A stretch of DNA of 64,000 nt from an uncultured delta proteobacterium (GCA_963704165.1 CAVPHD010000012.1:96001-160000); one strand, 5' to 3'. Shown: positions 40,138-51,337, counted from the first letter of the stretch. The notes: generated from the letters alone by a model not told the origin. Numbers and translations are program-made.

Positions 40138-41147
40138 CTACCAGCGGATCAGCGCCGAGCCCCAGGTGAAGCCCGACCCGAAGCCCGCCATCGCGATCAG
40201 GTCACCCTCGCGGATGCGTCCGGCCTGAAGGCATTCGTGCAAGAGCATCGGAATCGAGGCCGCGGAGCAGTTCCCGTACTTCTGGATGTTGTTGTAGCTG
40301 CGTTCCGGCGGGATCCCGAGCCTTTGCGCGACGAACTCGTTGATGCGCAGGTTGGCCTGGTGGAAGAGGAACAGGCTCGACGTCCGAGATCTGGCACTTG
40401 TTCTGGGCGAGCGCCTCTTCGATCACCTCGGGCATGCGCTGCACGGCGTGCTTGAAGACGAAGCGGCCCTCCATCACGCGGGAACTGCCGACCTTCGTCG
40501 AGCATCTCGTGCGTGATCCGCTGCGGCCAGAACGACGACCCGGGCGCTTCGACCCAGAGCTTCTTGGCGTACTTGCCCTCGGCATGGGTGTGGACCGAGA
40601 GGATTCCGCGGTTCGGATCGGGTGAGGCCTCGAGCACGACCGCGCCCGCGCCGTCACCGAAGATCACGGCCACGTCGCGGCCGCGGGTCGTGAAATCCAT
40701 GCCCGTCGAATGCACCTCCGCGCCGACGACGAGCACGCGGTCGTACTGTCCCGACGCGACGTAGAGCTCGCCGACCTGCAGCGCGTAGAGGAAACCCGTG
40801 CACTGGCAGCGCACGTCCATCGCCGGGCAGCCGGCGATCCCGAGGTGGTCCTGCAGGAAGCACGCGATGCCCGGGAAATCGTGGTGCGGCGAGAGCGACG
40901 CGACGACGATCGCATCGACCTGCTCGGGCGTGATGCCCGCATTCGCGATCGCCTGTTTCGCGGCCTCGTGAGCGAGTTCCGCCGGACCCATTCCCGCATC
41001 GACGTGATGGCGCTCGACGACGCCCGTGCGCTGCTGAATCCACTCGTCGCTCGTATCCATCAGCTTCGTCAGGTCGGCGTTCGTCACCACGCGCGGCGGC
41101 ACGAACATGCCGGTGCCCGCGACCCGAACGCTGCGCATCACCCTCAT
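40138..41147 (-). CDS. fabH: 3-oxoacyl-ACP synthase III family, frameshifted in the 3' third
   Basis: DTSDEWIQQRTG, QCTGF, FGDGAGA, HQANLRIN, YGNCSAASIP, GFGSGFTWG across frames. Confidence 0.88.
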
Positions 41148-42778
41148 CCCTCACCTCCCTCGAAAACGACTCGCTCCACGGCTTGCAGCATCTCCTCGAT
41201 GCCGTCGCCGTTCAAGGCTGAAATCGGAACACCATTGAACCGCTTCGCCAGATTATCGCGCTCCTCGGGCGAGATCCGATCCGACTTGTTCAGGACGGGG
41301 ATCTCCGGTTTGTCGTCGAGCCCGAGCTCGGCCAGGATCTTGCGCACCGCGTCGATCTGCTGCACGAGCTGCGGGCTCGAAGCGTCGATCACGTGCAGGA
41401 GTGCCGTCGCGTCGCGGATTTCCTCGAGCGTCGATTTGAAGCCCGCGACGAGCTCGGGCGGGAGATCGCGAATGAACCCGACCGTGTCGGTGATGATCAC
41501 GTCCCGCTCGCGTGGAAAGCGCAGCCTGCGGGCCGAGGTATCGACCGTCGCGAAGAGCTTGTCCGCGGCGTGCACCTCGCTCTTCGTGAGCCGGTTCAGA
41601 AGCGTCGACTTCCCGGCATTCGTGTAGCCGACGATCGAGAGCACCGGCAGACCTTCGCTCTTGCGCCGCGCGCGCCGGGTTTCGCGCTGGCGCGTGACTT
41701 CCCGGAGGTTGCGCTCGAGCAGCGTGATGCGGTCGCGCACGCGCCGGCGGTCGGTCTCGAGCTTGGTCTCCCCGGGTCCGCGTCCCCCGATGCCGCCCTG
41801 CAGTCGGCTCATGCCCTCGCTCTGACCGGCGAGCCTCGGCAGGCGGTACTTCTGCTGCGCGAGCTCGACTTGCAGCTTCGCCTCCTTGGTGCGCGCGTTC
41901 TGCGCGAAGATGTCGAGGATCAGCTGCGTGCGGTCGACGATGCGCGCCTCGACGATGTCGGTGATGCCGCGCAGCTGGCCGGACGAGAGATCGCGATCGA
42001 AGAGCACGAGCGTCGCTCCGCGCTGCCACGCGCGCGTGACGAGATCCTTGATCTTGCCGGGCCCGACCAGGTAGCGCGGATCGGGACGCGGCCGACGCTG
42101 CCGCACGACGTCGACGATCTGCAGACCCGCGGTCCTCGCGAGCTCGCGCATCTCGTCGCAGCGCTCGTCGGCGAACGGGTCGTTCCCCAGCTCGACGCAG
42201 ACCAGCACCGCGCGCTCGCCCTTGCCGTCGACGGCGATGCCCTTCTGCGCTTCTCCGAAACGCGCTTCGAGCTCGTCGATCCACTCCAGGTAGTCGAAGT
42301 CCAGCCGGCTCGGAGACACGAGATCGTGGTGGGTGACGGTCTCGCCCGAGGCGTCCGGCGGCTGAAGCGATGCGTAGTCGACCTTGTCGGGAAGACCCTT
42401 GCCATCGACGAGCACGGCGACCATCGCGTCGAGCCGAAGCAGCGCGAGATCGGTCATGTCGTCCTGCGTGAGTCGCTCGCCGCCGAGATGCGTGTGGATG
42501 CAGCGAAGACCGCGGAAGCGCCCGGCGCCCGCGCGCACGCGCTTGAAGTCGGGCAGCGTGATCGAGAGTGCGTCGCCCACCATCACGTACTCGACGCGGC
42601 CACCGCGGCCGACGAGCACGCCGACCTGCCGGCCGCACTCGAACGAGAGCTCGGAGAGCTGACGCGCGAACTCCTGGGTGACGAGGCGATCACGCGGCAG
42701 CTTGCGCTTGTACAGGTTCTCGAGGCGCCGGAGCAGGCTGGCCTTCAGTCCGTAGGTCTGACCGTAGAGGTCGGAGAT
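41144..42778 (-). CDS. hflX: GTPase HflX, long N-terminal form; probable ATC start
   Basis: GYTNAGKS, LFATVD, DTVGFI, NKSD; the frame extends upstream of 42619 as ISDLYGQTYGLKASLLRRLENLY. Confidence 0.92.
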   Translation of the reverse strand: MSDLYGQTYGLKASLLRRLENLYKRKLPRDRLVTQEFARQLSELSFECGRQVGVLVGRGGRVEYVMVGDALSITLPDFKRVRAGAGRFRGLRCIHTHLGGERLTQDDMTDLALLRLDAMVAVLVDGKGLPDKVDYASLQPPDASGETVTHHDLVSPSRLDFDYLEWIDELEARFGEAQKGIAVDGKGERAVLVCVELGNDPFADERCDEMRELARTAGLQIVDVVRQRRPRPDPRYLVGPGKIKDLVTRAWQRGATLVLFDRDLSSGQLRGITDIVEARIVDRTQLILDIFAQNARTKEAKLQVELAQQKYRLPRLAGQSEGMSRLQGGIGGRGPGETKLETDRRRVRDRITLLERNLREVTRQRETRRARRKSEGLPVLSIVGYTNAGKSTLLNRLTKSEVHAADKLFATVDTSARRLRFPRERDVIITDTVGFIRDLPPELVAGFKSTLEEIRDATALLHVIDASSPQLVQQIDAVRKILAELGLDDKPEIPVLNKSDRISPEERDNLAKRFNGVPISALNGDGIEEMLQAVERVVFEGGEG

Positions 42779-42789
42779 CGTGGTCCCCT

Positions 42790-43632
42790 TCAGCCGACGC
42801 TGCGCGCGAGCTCGGCGTGGCGATCGAGAAGGGGTAGCAATTTCTCGGCCGGTTCGGGCGGCAGCCCGAAGATCACGCGCGTCACGCCCGCGTCGCGCGC
42901 CTTCTCGACCTCGGCCCGCTGCGACCCCATGGCGAAGATCGAGACCTCGAACTTCGCCGGGTCACGGCCCGCGGCCTCGAGCATGCCGCGCAGCTCGGGC
43001 AGACGCGCGACGATCGAGTCGCGGCCGAAGATCGGCATCCACCCGTCGCCGTACTCGACCGCGCGCTTCGCGCCGCCCGGAAAGCCGCCACCGACGTGAA
43101 TCGGCGGGTGCGGCTTCTGGACGGGCTTGGGCCAGGTCATGATCGGATCGAAATCGACGTGCTTTCCGTGGAACTCGGGCTTCGACTTCGTCCAGATCTC
43201 CTTCATCGCGAGCACGCGCTCGCGCATCACGGACGTGCGCTTCGAGAAGTCGGTGCCGTGATTCCGCATCTCTTCGGCGTTCCAACCCGCGCCGACTCCG
43301 AACAGGAAGCGCCCGTTCGAGACACGATCCAGTGTCGCCACGTTCTTGGCGAGCTGGATCGGGTCGCGCTGCACGACGAGGCAGATCCCGGTCGCGAGCT
43401 TGATCGTCTTCGTGACCGCCGCGGCCGAAGCGAGAGCGACGAACGGCTCCATCACGTCGTAGTACATCTTCGGGAGCTCGGGTCCGCCGGGCCAAGGCGA
43501 TTCGCGCCGGGCGGGGATGTGCGAGTGCTCCGGGAACCAGAGCGATTCGAAGCCACGGCCTTCCGCTTCGCGCGCGAGCTCGGCGGGCGCGATCGAGGCA
43601 TCGGTCGGGAAGATCGTGAGTCCGTACTTCAT
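42790..43632 (-). CDS. LLM-class F420-dependent oxidoreductase (Rv2161c-like)
   Basis: AEGRGFESLWFPEHSHIP, SNGRFLFGVGAGWNAEE, WPKPVQKPHPPIHVGG. Confidence 0.9.
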   Translation of the reverse strand: MKYGLTIFPTDASIAPAELAREAEGRGFESLWFPEHSHIPARRESPWPGGPELPKMYYDVMEPFVALASAAAVTKTIKLATGICLVVQRDPIQLAKNVATLDRVSNGRFLFGVGAGWNAEEMRNHGTDFSKRTSVMRERVLAMKEIWTKSKPEFHGKHVDFDPIMTWPKPVQKPHPPIHVGGGFPGGAKRAVEYGDGWMPIFGRDSIVARLPELRGMLEAAGRDPAKFEVSIFAMGSQRAEVEKARDAGVTRVIFGLPPEPAEKLLPLLDRHAELARSVG

Positions 43633-43663
43633 CGCGGCATTCTACGCTGCGGGCACGTCCGGT

Positions 43664-44353
43664 TCAGGGGAAGAGCTGGTACCAGAACCAACGTGCGCCG
43701 GGCTCGAACTCGAGCCTCGTCCGCGGCAGGGGACGGCCGTCGAGGTGGAGACCGTCGATCTCGAGCGCGCGTGGAAGCTCGGGCCAGTCGAGCGTCGGGA
43801 AGCTCAGCCAGATTTCGGCGTCGCCGAAGATCGCGAGCTCGGCGCCGTCGATCGACGTGCCGGGAGCGACGTCGGCCGAGCAGGGCTCGAGCGAATCGTC
43901 GATGTGTTCGGTGACGAGCTCGTATCGACTCGGAGCGACGCGGACGCCGCCCTCGCCCTCGAGGGCGATCGCTGCGAGGCTCGTGCGCCAGGATTCCGTG
44001 GCCGCGAGCGTCAGTCGCAAAACGGTCGTTCCGGGCCGACCCGCCGTGTTCCCCGGCGAGAGCAACGGAATCGGAAGCGGTGGGAAGACGACGAACCAGA
44101 CGCCGTCGTCCCAGTCGCAGACCGCGGCCGTGACGCTCGCGCCGCCGGCAAAGCTCGCGCGCGCGAGTGACGGTGAGTGAGAGAGCGCGTGTCCCTCGCG
44201 GCCGGGAGAGACCTCGAAGCTGCGATCGGGATCGATCGCGACCGCATCCGGTCCGCGGAGTGTCGTGTAGGTCTCGCGTGCGAGCACGATGCAGCCGGAA
44301 CTCGTGATCGAGAGTCCGAGCGCGAGCAGCAGCGTCGAATTCCAGTTTCTCAT
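43664..44353 (-). CDS. Hypothetical lipoprotein
   Basis: Signal peptide MRNWNSTLLLALGLSITSSGC; internal FPPLPIPLL. Confidence 0.6.
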   Translation of the reverse strand: MRNWNSTLLLALGLSITSSGCIVLARETYTTLRGPDAVAIDPDRSFEVSPGREGHALSHSPSLARASFAGGASVTAAVCDWDDGVWFVVFPPLPIPLLSPGNTAGRPGTTVLRLTLAATESWRTSLAAIALEGEGGVRVAPSRYELVTEHIDDSLEPCSADVAPGTSIDGAELAIFGDAEIWLSFPTLDWPELPRALEIDGLHLDGRPLPRTRLEFEPGARWFWYQLFP

Positions 44354-44393
44354 CACGGCCGATCGAGGCCGATTCTCTGCTACGATCGCGCGC

Positions 44394-45636
44394 ATGTCAC
44401 TTCCGAGAACGGGACGCGCGGCCGACGAAGTGCTGGACGAGCTCGAGCGGATGCGCGCCAGGGACGTCGACTGGCGGAGCGGACGCGCATTCAGTCTGGC
44501 CTACTTCGCCGGCGACGAGGTCCTGGATCTCGCCAAGAACGCGTACGCGCGTTTCTCGAGCGAGAACGCGCTCAACACCGACGCCTTCCCGAGCCTGCGT
44601 CGGATCCAGGGCGAGGTCGTGGCGATGACCTCGGGGCTCCTGAACGGCGGCGAGAGCGCGGCGGGATTCATGACCAGCGGGGGCACCGAGAGCCTGCTCA
44701 TGGCCGTGCTCGCCGCACGCGAGCGCGGTCGCAAGGAACGCGGCGTCGTCGCACCCGAGATGGTGCTCCCGACGAGCGCGCACGCCGCCTTCGAGAAGGG
44801 CGCGCACTACTTCGGCGTGAAGTCGGTGCGCGTTCCCGTGCGCGACGACTTCCGCGCCGACGTCGACGCCACCGCGAAGGCGATCAACGCGAACACCGTG
44901 CTCGTGGTCGGATCGGCGCCGCAGTATCCGCAGGGCGTGATCGACCCGATCGAGGCGCTCGCCGGACTCGCGGAGCAGGCCGGCGTGAACTGTCACGTGG
45001 ATGCGTGCATGGGCGGAATGATGCTCCCGTTCCTCGAGCGCCTGGGTGAGCCGATCCCGCGCTGGGACTTCCGCGTGCCCGGCGTGACTTCGATCTCGGT
45101 CGATCTGCACAAGTACGGGTACACGGCGAAGGGCGCGTCGGTGATCGTGCACCGATCGAAGGAGCTTCGGCGCCATCAGACCTTCGTCACGCAGAACTGG
45201 CTCGGCGGCACCTACGGAAGCTCCGGCGTGCTCGGCACGAAGTCCGGCGGAGCGATGGCCGCCGCCTGGGCCGTGATGAACCACCTCGGCGAAGACGGCT
45301 ATCTGCGACTCACGCGAATCGCGCGCGGTACCGCGCTCCGGCTGGCCGACGCGGATCCGAGAGATCCCGGGGCTGAGATTGCTCGCCGAGCCGCAAGTGA
45401 CGCTCGTCGCCTTCACGGGTACGGATGGGATCGACGCCTTCGCCATCGGTCAGAAGCTCGCCTCGCGCGGCTGGGTTCTCGACGCGCAGGGACCGCCGCC
45501 GAGCTTGCACGCGACCGTGAACGCGGTGCACGAGCGCGTGCTCGACGAGTTCCTGATCGAGCTGCGCGCGACCGTGTCCTCCGTGGGCGAGCCAGGGACC
45601 GCCGGACGCGCGAGCGCGTACGGCACCGTCGACTGA
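44394..45636 (+). CDS. PLP-dependent group II decarboxylase, sphingosine-1-phosphate lyase-like; frameshift near 45352
   Basis: MTSGGTESLLMAV, SAHAAFEKG, SAPQYPQGVIDPI, HVDACMGG, DLHKYGY. Confidence 0.85.
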
Positions 45637-45806
45637 TCGGGGGCCGATCGCCCCGGAGCCCGACCGCTGCGAACCTGCGACTGGCGGGAGCGATCCCTTC
45701 CGGCGCATCCTCGCCGATCCGCGGCTGCGCACGGGCCGCGACTTCCAAAGACTTCCTCAGGACGCGATGATCCAAGGCCGATCATCGCGGAATCAGGAGA
45801 GAATCC

Positions 45807-47201
45807 ATGGCTCGGGGCAATCTGGCGCTGGTCTTGATGGCGGCGGGAAAGGGCACGCGAATGCGTTCGCGTCTGCCCAAGGTGCTCCATCCCGTGTGCG
45901 GCCGGCCGATCCTGATGCACGCACTCGAGCTCGGGCGCGAGCTCGGCGCCACGCGCCGGATCGTGATCGTCGGCTCGGGCGGAGACGAGGTCCGCGCGGC
46001 CGTCGCGGGGCTGGACGTCGAGATCGTCCCCCAGCACGAGCAGCTCGGCACCGCACACGCCGCGCTTCAGGCGCGTGCAGCGCTCGCGGATCACGACGGA
46101 CCGGTGCTCGTGATGAACGGCGATCACCCGCTCTACCGGGCGCGCACCTTCGAGGCGCTGCGTGAAACCTGGGAATCGACCAAGGCGGGACTCGCGATCC
46201 TGGTCACGGAGATGCCCGACCCGAGCGGATACGGGCGGATCCTCCGCAGTTCGTCCGGGCGCGTCACGCGCGTGGTCGAGGAGAACGACTGTTCGGTGGC
46301 GGACCGGCGCGTGCGCGAGGTGAACCTCGGCGCCTACCTCGCCGACGCGCGAATCCTCTTCGAGCTGCTCGCGCGCGTGCGCAACGAGAACGCCAAATCC
46401 GAGTTCTACATCACGGATCTGGTCGAGCTCGCGCTCGCCTCGGGTCACACGGTCGAGACGTCGGCGGCGGAGGACTGGCGCGAATCGCTCGGCATCAACA
46501 CGCGCACGGAGCTCGCGCTCGCCGAGACGCTTCTGCGCGAGCGCATCGTCGGCAAGCTGATGCAGGACGGTGTCACGCTCGTCGATCCGGCCACGACCTT
46601 CGTCGAGGTGGACGTCGAGATCGGTGAGGACACCGTGCTCGGCGCGGGCGTGACGATCCGCGCGGGCTCGCGGATCGGTTCGGGCTGCCGGATCGACCCG
46701 GGCGTGGTGATCGAGGAGTCGGTGATCGGCAACGACGTGCGGGTCAAACCCGGCTGTTTCTTCGAGCGCGCTCGCGTCGGCGACCGCTGCGAGGTCGGCC
46801 CGAACGCCCATCTTCGGCCGGGCGCGGACCTGCGCGAAGACGTGCGCGTCGGGAACTACGTCGAGGTCAAGAACTCCGTGCTCGGCGCGGGTACCAAGGC
46901 CGACCATCTCTCCTACATCGGGGACGCGGACGTCGGCGAGGGCGTGACGATCGGCTGCGGCGCGATCACCGTGAACTACGACGGCGCGAAGAAGACGCGA
47001 ACCACGATCGGAGACCGCGCCTTCATCGGCTGCAATTCGAATCTGATCGCGCCGGTGACCATCGAAGCCGAGGCGTACGTCGCGGCGGGATCGACGATCA
47101 CCAAGCCCGTGCCGGGTGGGTCGCTCGCGGTGGCGCGCGCGCGACAGCGGGTGATCGAGGGTTGGCGCGAGAAGCGCTTCGGCGACGGCGGACAGGAATA
47201 G
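45807..47201 (+). CDS. glmU: Bifunctional UDP-GlcNAc pyrophosphorylase / GlcN-1-P acetyltransferase
   Basis: MAAGKGTRMRSRLPKVLH, EQLGTAHA, EFYITD, hexapeptide repeats, HLSYIGDA, NYDG. Confidence 0.97.
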   Translation: MARGNLALVLMAAGKGTRMRSRLPKVLHPVCGRPILMHALELGRELGATRRIVIVGSGGDEVRAAVAGLDVEIVPQHEQLGTAHAALQARAALADHDGPVLVMNGDHPLYRARTFEALRETWESTKAGLAILVTEMPDPSGYGRILRSSSGRVTRVVEENDCSVADRRVREVNLGAYLADARILFELLARVRNENAKSEFYITDLVELALASGHTVETSAAEDWRESLGINTRTELALAETLLRERIVGKLMQDGVTLVDPATTFVEVDVEIGEDTVLGAGVTIRAGSRIGSGCRIDPGVVIEESVIGNDVRVKPGCFFERARVGDRCEVGPNAHLRPGADLREDVRVGNYVEVKNSVLGAGTKADHLSYIGDADVGEGVTIGCGAITVNYDGAKKTRTTIGDRAFIGCNSNLIAPVTIEAEAYVAAGSTITKPVPGGSLAVARARQRVIEGWREKRFGDGGQE

Positions 47202-47214
47202 CGAGGAGCGAGGG

Positions 47215-49055
47215 ATGTGCGGAATCGTCGGTTACGTCGGGCACAGTGATCGCGCGCAGGACGTGATCATCGACGGCCTTCGCCGTCTGGAGTACCGCGG
47301 GTACGACTCGGCCGGTGTCGCGATCCTCGAGGGCGAGAAGCTCCGGGTGATCCGGGCCCAGGGCAAGCTCGTGAACCTCGAGAGCGCGCTGCGCGACGTG
47401 CCGCTCGCGGGCTCGCTCGGCATCGGACACACGCGTTGGGCCACCCACGGCAAGCCCAGCGAGCGCAATGCCCACCCGCATCTGGCCGGTACCGTCGCGG
47501 TGATCGGCAACGGCATCATCGAGAACTTCCGCGCGTTGCGCGACGAGCTCGCCGCCTGTGGCTCGGTCTTCAACTCCGAGACCGACACCGAGATCATCTC
47601 GCACCTCGTCTTCGCGGAGCGGAAGACCGGGAAGTCGCTGCGGGACTCGGTGCGCGCGGCGCTGCGCCGACTCGAAGGCTCGTACGCGATCGCGGTCGTC
47701 GACGAGACCGCTCCCGACGAGATCGTGATCGCGAAGAACGGCGGCAATCCGATCGTCGTCGGGCTCGGCATCGGCGAGAACTTCATCGCCTCCGACATCG
47801 CGACGATCCTGCCGTACACGCGCCAGATGCAGATCCTGCAGGACGCGGAGCTCGCGGTCGTGACCCGCGAAGGCGTCGCGATCACGACCTTCGACGGCGC
47901 ACCCGTCGAGCGCGCGCGAAAGCTGATCCAATGGGATCCGGTCCAGGCCGAGAAGGGCGGCTACGACCGCTTCATGCAGAAGGAGATCTTCGAGCAGCCG
48001 CGCGCGATCAGCGACACGATCGGCACGCGCGTGCGCGAGGACGAGGGCGACATCGATCTCGACGGCATCTCCCTCGACCGCGACATGGGTGCGCGCGCTC
48101 GCCGGGATCCAGCTCGTCGCCTGCGGAACGGCCTGGCACGCGGCGACGATCGGGCGCTCGATGATCGAGCGGCTCGCGCGGATCCCGTGCGACGTCGACC
48201 TCGCGAGCGAGTACCGCTACCGCGAGCCGATCGTCTCGGAGCGACATCTCGTGATCCCCGTCTCGCAGTCGGGCGAGACCGCGGATACGATCGCCGCGCT
48301 GCGCGAAGCGATGCGCCGCGGCGCGAAGTCGCTCGCGGTGTGCAACGTGCACGAGAGCACGATCGCGCGCGACCGCCGACCACGTGCTCTACACGCACGC
48401 CGGACCCGAGATCGGCGTCGCATCGACGAAGTGCTTCACGACCCAGGTCGTGGCGCTCAATCTGATCGCGCTCCGGCTGGCGCTGCTGCGCGGCACGATG
48501 TCGCACGAGGAAGTGCGCACGGAGTCGCACGAGCTGCGACGGCTGCCGCGCCTGGTCGAGGAGGCACTCGGTCTCTGGTCCCACGTCGAGGCGATCGCGC
48601 GCCGCCACATGCACGCACGCGACTTCCTGTTCCTCGGCCGCGGCTACGGGTTTCCGGTCGCGCTCGAGGGCGCGCTCAAGCTGAAGGAGATCTCGTACAT
48701 CCACGCCGAAGGCTACGCCTCGGGCGAGATGAAGCACGGGCCGATCGCGCTGATCGACGAGAACGTGCCGGTCGTGATCGTCGCGAATCAGCGCTCGGTG
48801 TACGGCAAGCTGATCTCGAACGCCGAGGAAGCGCGCGCGCGCGGCGGAATCGTGATCGCGATCGTCGAGGACGGGAACACCGAGGCCGAGAGCTTCGCCA
48901 ACGAGGTGATCCGCGTGCCCGCGACCTCGAGCGAGGCGCTCTCGGCCGTGATCGCGACCATTCCGCTGCAGATGCTCGCGTACCACGTGGCGACGCTGAA
49001 GGGCACGGACGTGGATCAGCCGCGCAACCTCGCGAAGAGCGTCACGGTGGAATGA
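47215..49055 (+). CDS. glmS: Glutamine-fructose-6-phosphate transaminase, frameshifts near 48085 and 48372
   Basis: [55 protein letters not shown]. Confidence 0.96.
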
Positions 49056-49123
49056 GCGGCGCCGGCGCGCGGCCGTCCGCGTCGCTTGCAGCGCTCGAAC
49101 CCATCGGCGACCCTCGCATCCGG

Positions 49124-51337
49124 ATGTCGAGGTTGGATCAGATCGTCGCCGGGCTGAATCCCGAGCAGTGCGAGGCCGTGCAGCACGTGGCGGGCCCCCT
49201 GCTCGTGCTCGCCGGCGCGGGCAGCGGCAAGACGCGGATGCTCACGCACCGCATCGCGCACCTGATCGAGAGCGGCGCTGCGCGGCCGTACGAGATCCTC
49301 GCGGTCACGTTCACGAACAAGGCCGCCCGCGAGATGCGCGAGCGCGTCGAACGCCTGATCGGCGCCTCGGCCGGCGACACGCGCGGCGTCTGGGTCTCGA
49401 CGTTCCACTCGACCTGCGTGCGCATCCTCCGACGCGACGGGGTCACAGCTCGGCTACGAGCCGAACTTCGCGATCTACGATCAGGACGACTCGCTCGCGC
49501 TCGTGAAGCGCGTGCTGAAGGCGATCGGCGCCGACGAGAAGGCTTGGCCGCCGCGAGGGATCCGCACCGCGATCGACCGCATGAAGAACCGCGGCCTGCT
49601 GCCGGCCGACCTGACGCACGACGACTCCCTCGAAGCGCGGCGTCTGCGCGACGTGTATCAGCGCTACCAGAAGGAGCTTCGTCGCGCGAACGCGCTCGAC
49701 TTCGGCGACCTCATCCTGTCTGACCGCGCGACTCTTCGAGCACCACCCCGACGTGCTCGCGAGCTACCAGCGCCGCTGGAAGTTCGTGCTCGTCGACGAG
49801 TACCAGGACACCAATCCGATCCAGTACCGGCTGCTTCGCCTGCTCACCGCCTCGCATCACAACCTGTGCGTGGTCGGCGACGAGGATCAATCGATCTACC
49901 GCTTCCGCGAGGCGGACATCCGCAACATCCTCGACTTCGAGAAGGACTTCCCGGGCGCGAAGGTCGTCCGCCTCGAACGCAACTACCGCTCGACCCAGCC
50001 GATCCTCTCGGCCGCGAGCGCGGTGGTCGCGAACAACGTCGAGCGCAAGGGCAAGCGCCTGTACACCGATCGCGACGGCGGCGAGCCGGTGCGCTTCTAC
50101 GAGGCGGCGGACGAGCGCGGAGAAGCCGCCTACGTCATCGGCGAGCTGCTCGCGCCTTCGCGACCGGGGCACGCCGCTCGGCGACTCCGCGATCTTCTAC
50201 CGCACGCACGCCCAGTCGCGGCCGCTCGAGGAGGAGCTGCTCAAGTACAACCTGCCCTACGTGGTCGTCGGCGGCACGCGCTTCTACGACCGCGCCGAGG
50301 TGAAGGACGCTCTCGCCTACCTGCGCGTGCTGCGCAATCCCGCCGACACCGAGAGCCTGCTCCGGATCGTGAACACGCCCACGCGCGGCATCGGCCGAAC
50401 GACGCTCGAACGCGTTCTGCTCGCCGCGGAGCAGGCCGACACCACCCTCTGGGACGCGCTCGTGCGCGGACTCGGCGGGCTTCCGAACGCGGCCACCAAG
50501 CGCATCGCCGAGTTCGTCGAGCTGATGAAGGACCTCGCGCCGCTCTTCGAAGGTGAGTCGATCGCGCAGCCGCTCGCGACCGTGCTCGAGCGCACGGGCT
50601 ACCTTCGCGCGCTCGAAGCGGAGAACACCGTCGAGGCCGAGGCGCGGCTCGAGAATCTGAAGGAGCTGCTCGCGGCGGTCGAGGAGTTCGAGCGCCAGAA
50701 CAGCGGCGCCCCCGACGAGAACGACATCAAGCGCGATCTCGCCGATCTCTTTCTCGAACAGGTGACCCTGCTCTCCGACGCCGATCGCGCCGAGCAGTCG
50801 AGCGACCGCGTGCCGATGATGACCGTGCACGTAGCGAAGGGGCTCGAGTTCCGGCACGTCTTCGTCGTCGGCCTCGAGGAGGGAATCTTCCCGCACTTCG
50901 CCTCGCTCGACGATCCATCCTCGATCGAAGAAGAGCGGCGGCTCTGCTACGTCGCGATGACACGCGCGATGGAGCACCTCACGCTCAGCAACGCGACGAT
51001 GCGGCGGATGCACGGCTCGGTTCGGTACAACGCCCCGAGCCGGTTTCTCGCCGAGATCCCCGAGGAGCTGCTCGCAGGACGACGCCTGCGACCGACCCGT
51101 TCGTCCGAACCCACGTTCGAACCGGGTCCGCGCGTGGACTACAGCGACGCCCAGTGGGCCGCGGACGATCTGCCGGTCCTTCGTACGGGCATGCGCGTGG
51201 AGCATCCGATCTTCGGTCTCGGACGCATCACCGAAGTGTCCGGTGCCGGCGAGGCTGCGAAGCTCTCGATCCTCTTCGAACGCGCGGGCGTGAAGATGCT
51301 GAAGCTCAAGTACGCGCAGCTTCGGATCCTGTCGTGA
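49124..51337 (+). CDS. pcrA: UvrD/PcrA superfamily 1 DNA helicase, frameshifts near 49440, 49720 and 50155
   Basis: [52 protein letters not shown]-terminal Tudor (VEHPIFGLG). Confidence 0.92.

Noticed and set aside
45637..47214. glmS ribozyme upstream of glmS
   Set aside because: The glmU-glmS gap is only 13 nt, and the glmU leader lacks the recognisable ribozyme core.
47215..51337. Programmed frameshifting or pseudogenisation of glmS and pcrA
   Set aside because: Multiple single-base insertions without slippery-site or stimulator features in conserved housekeeping genes are better explained by sequencing error.
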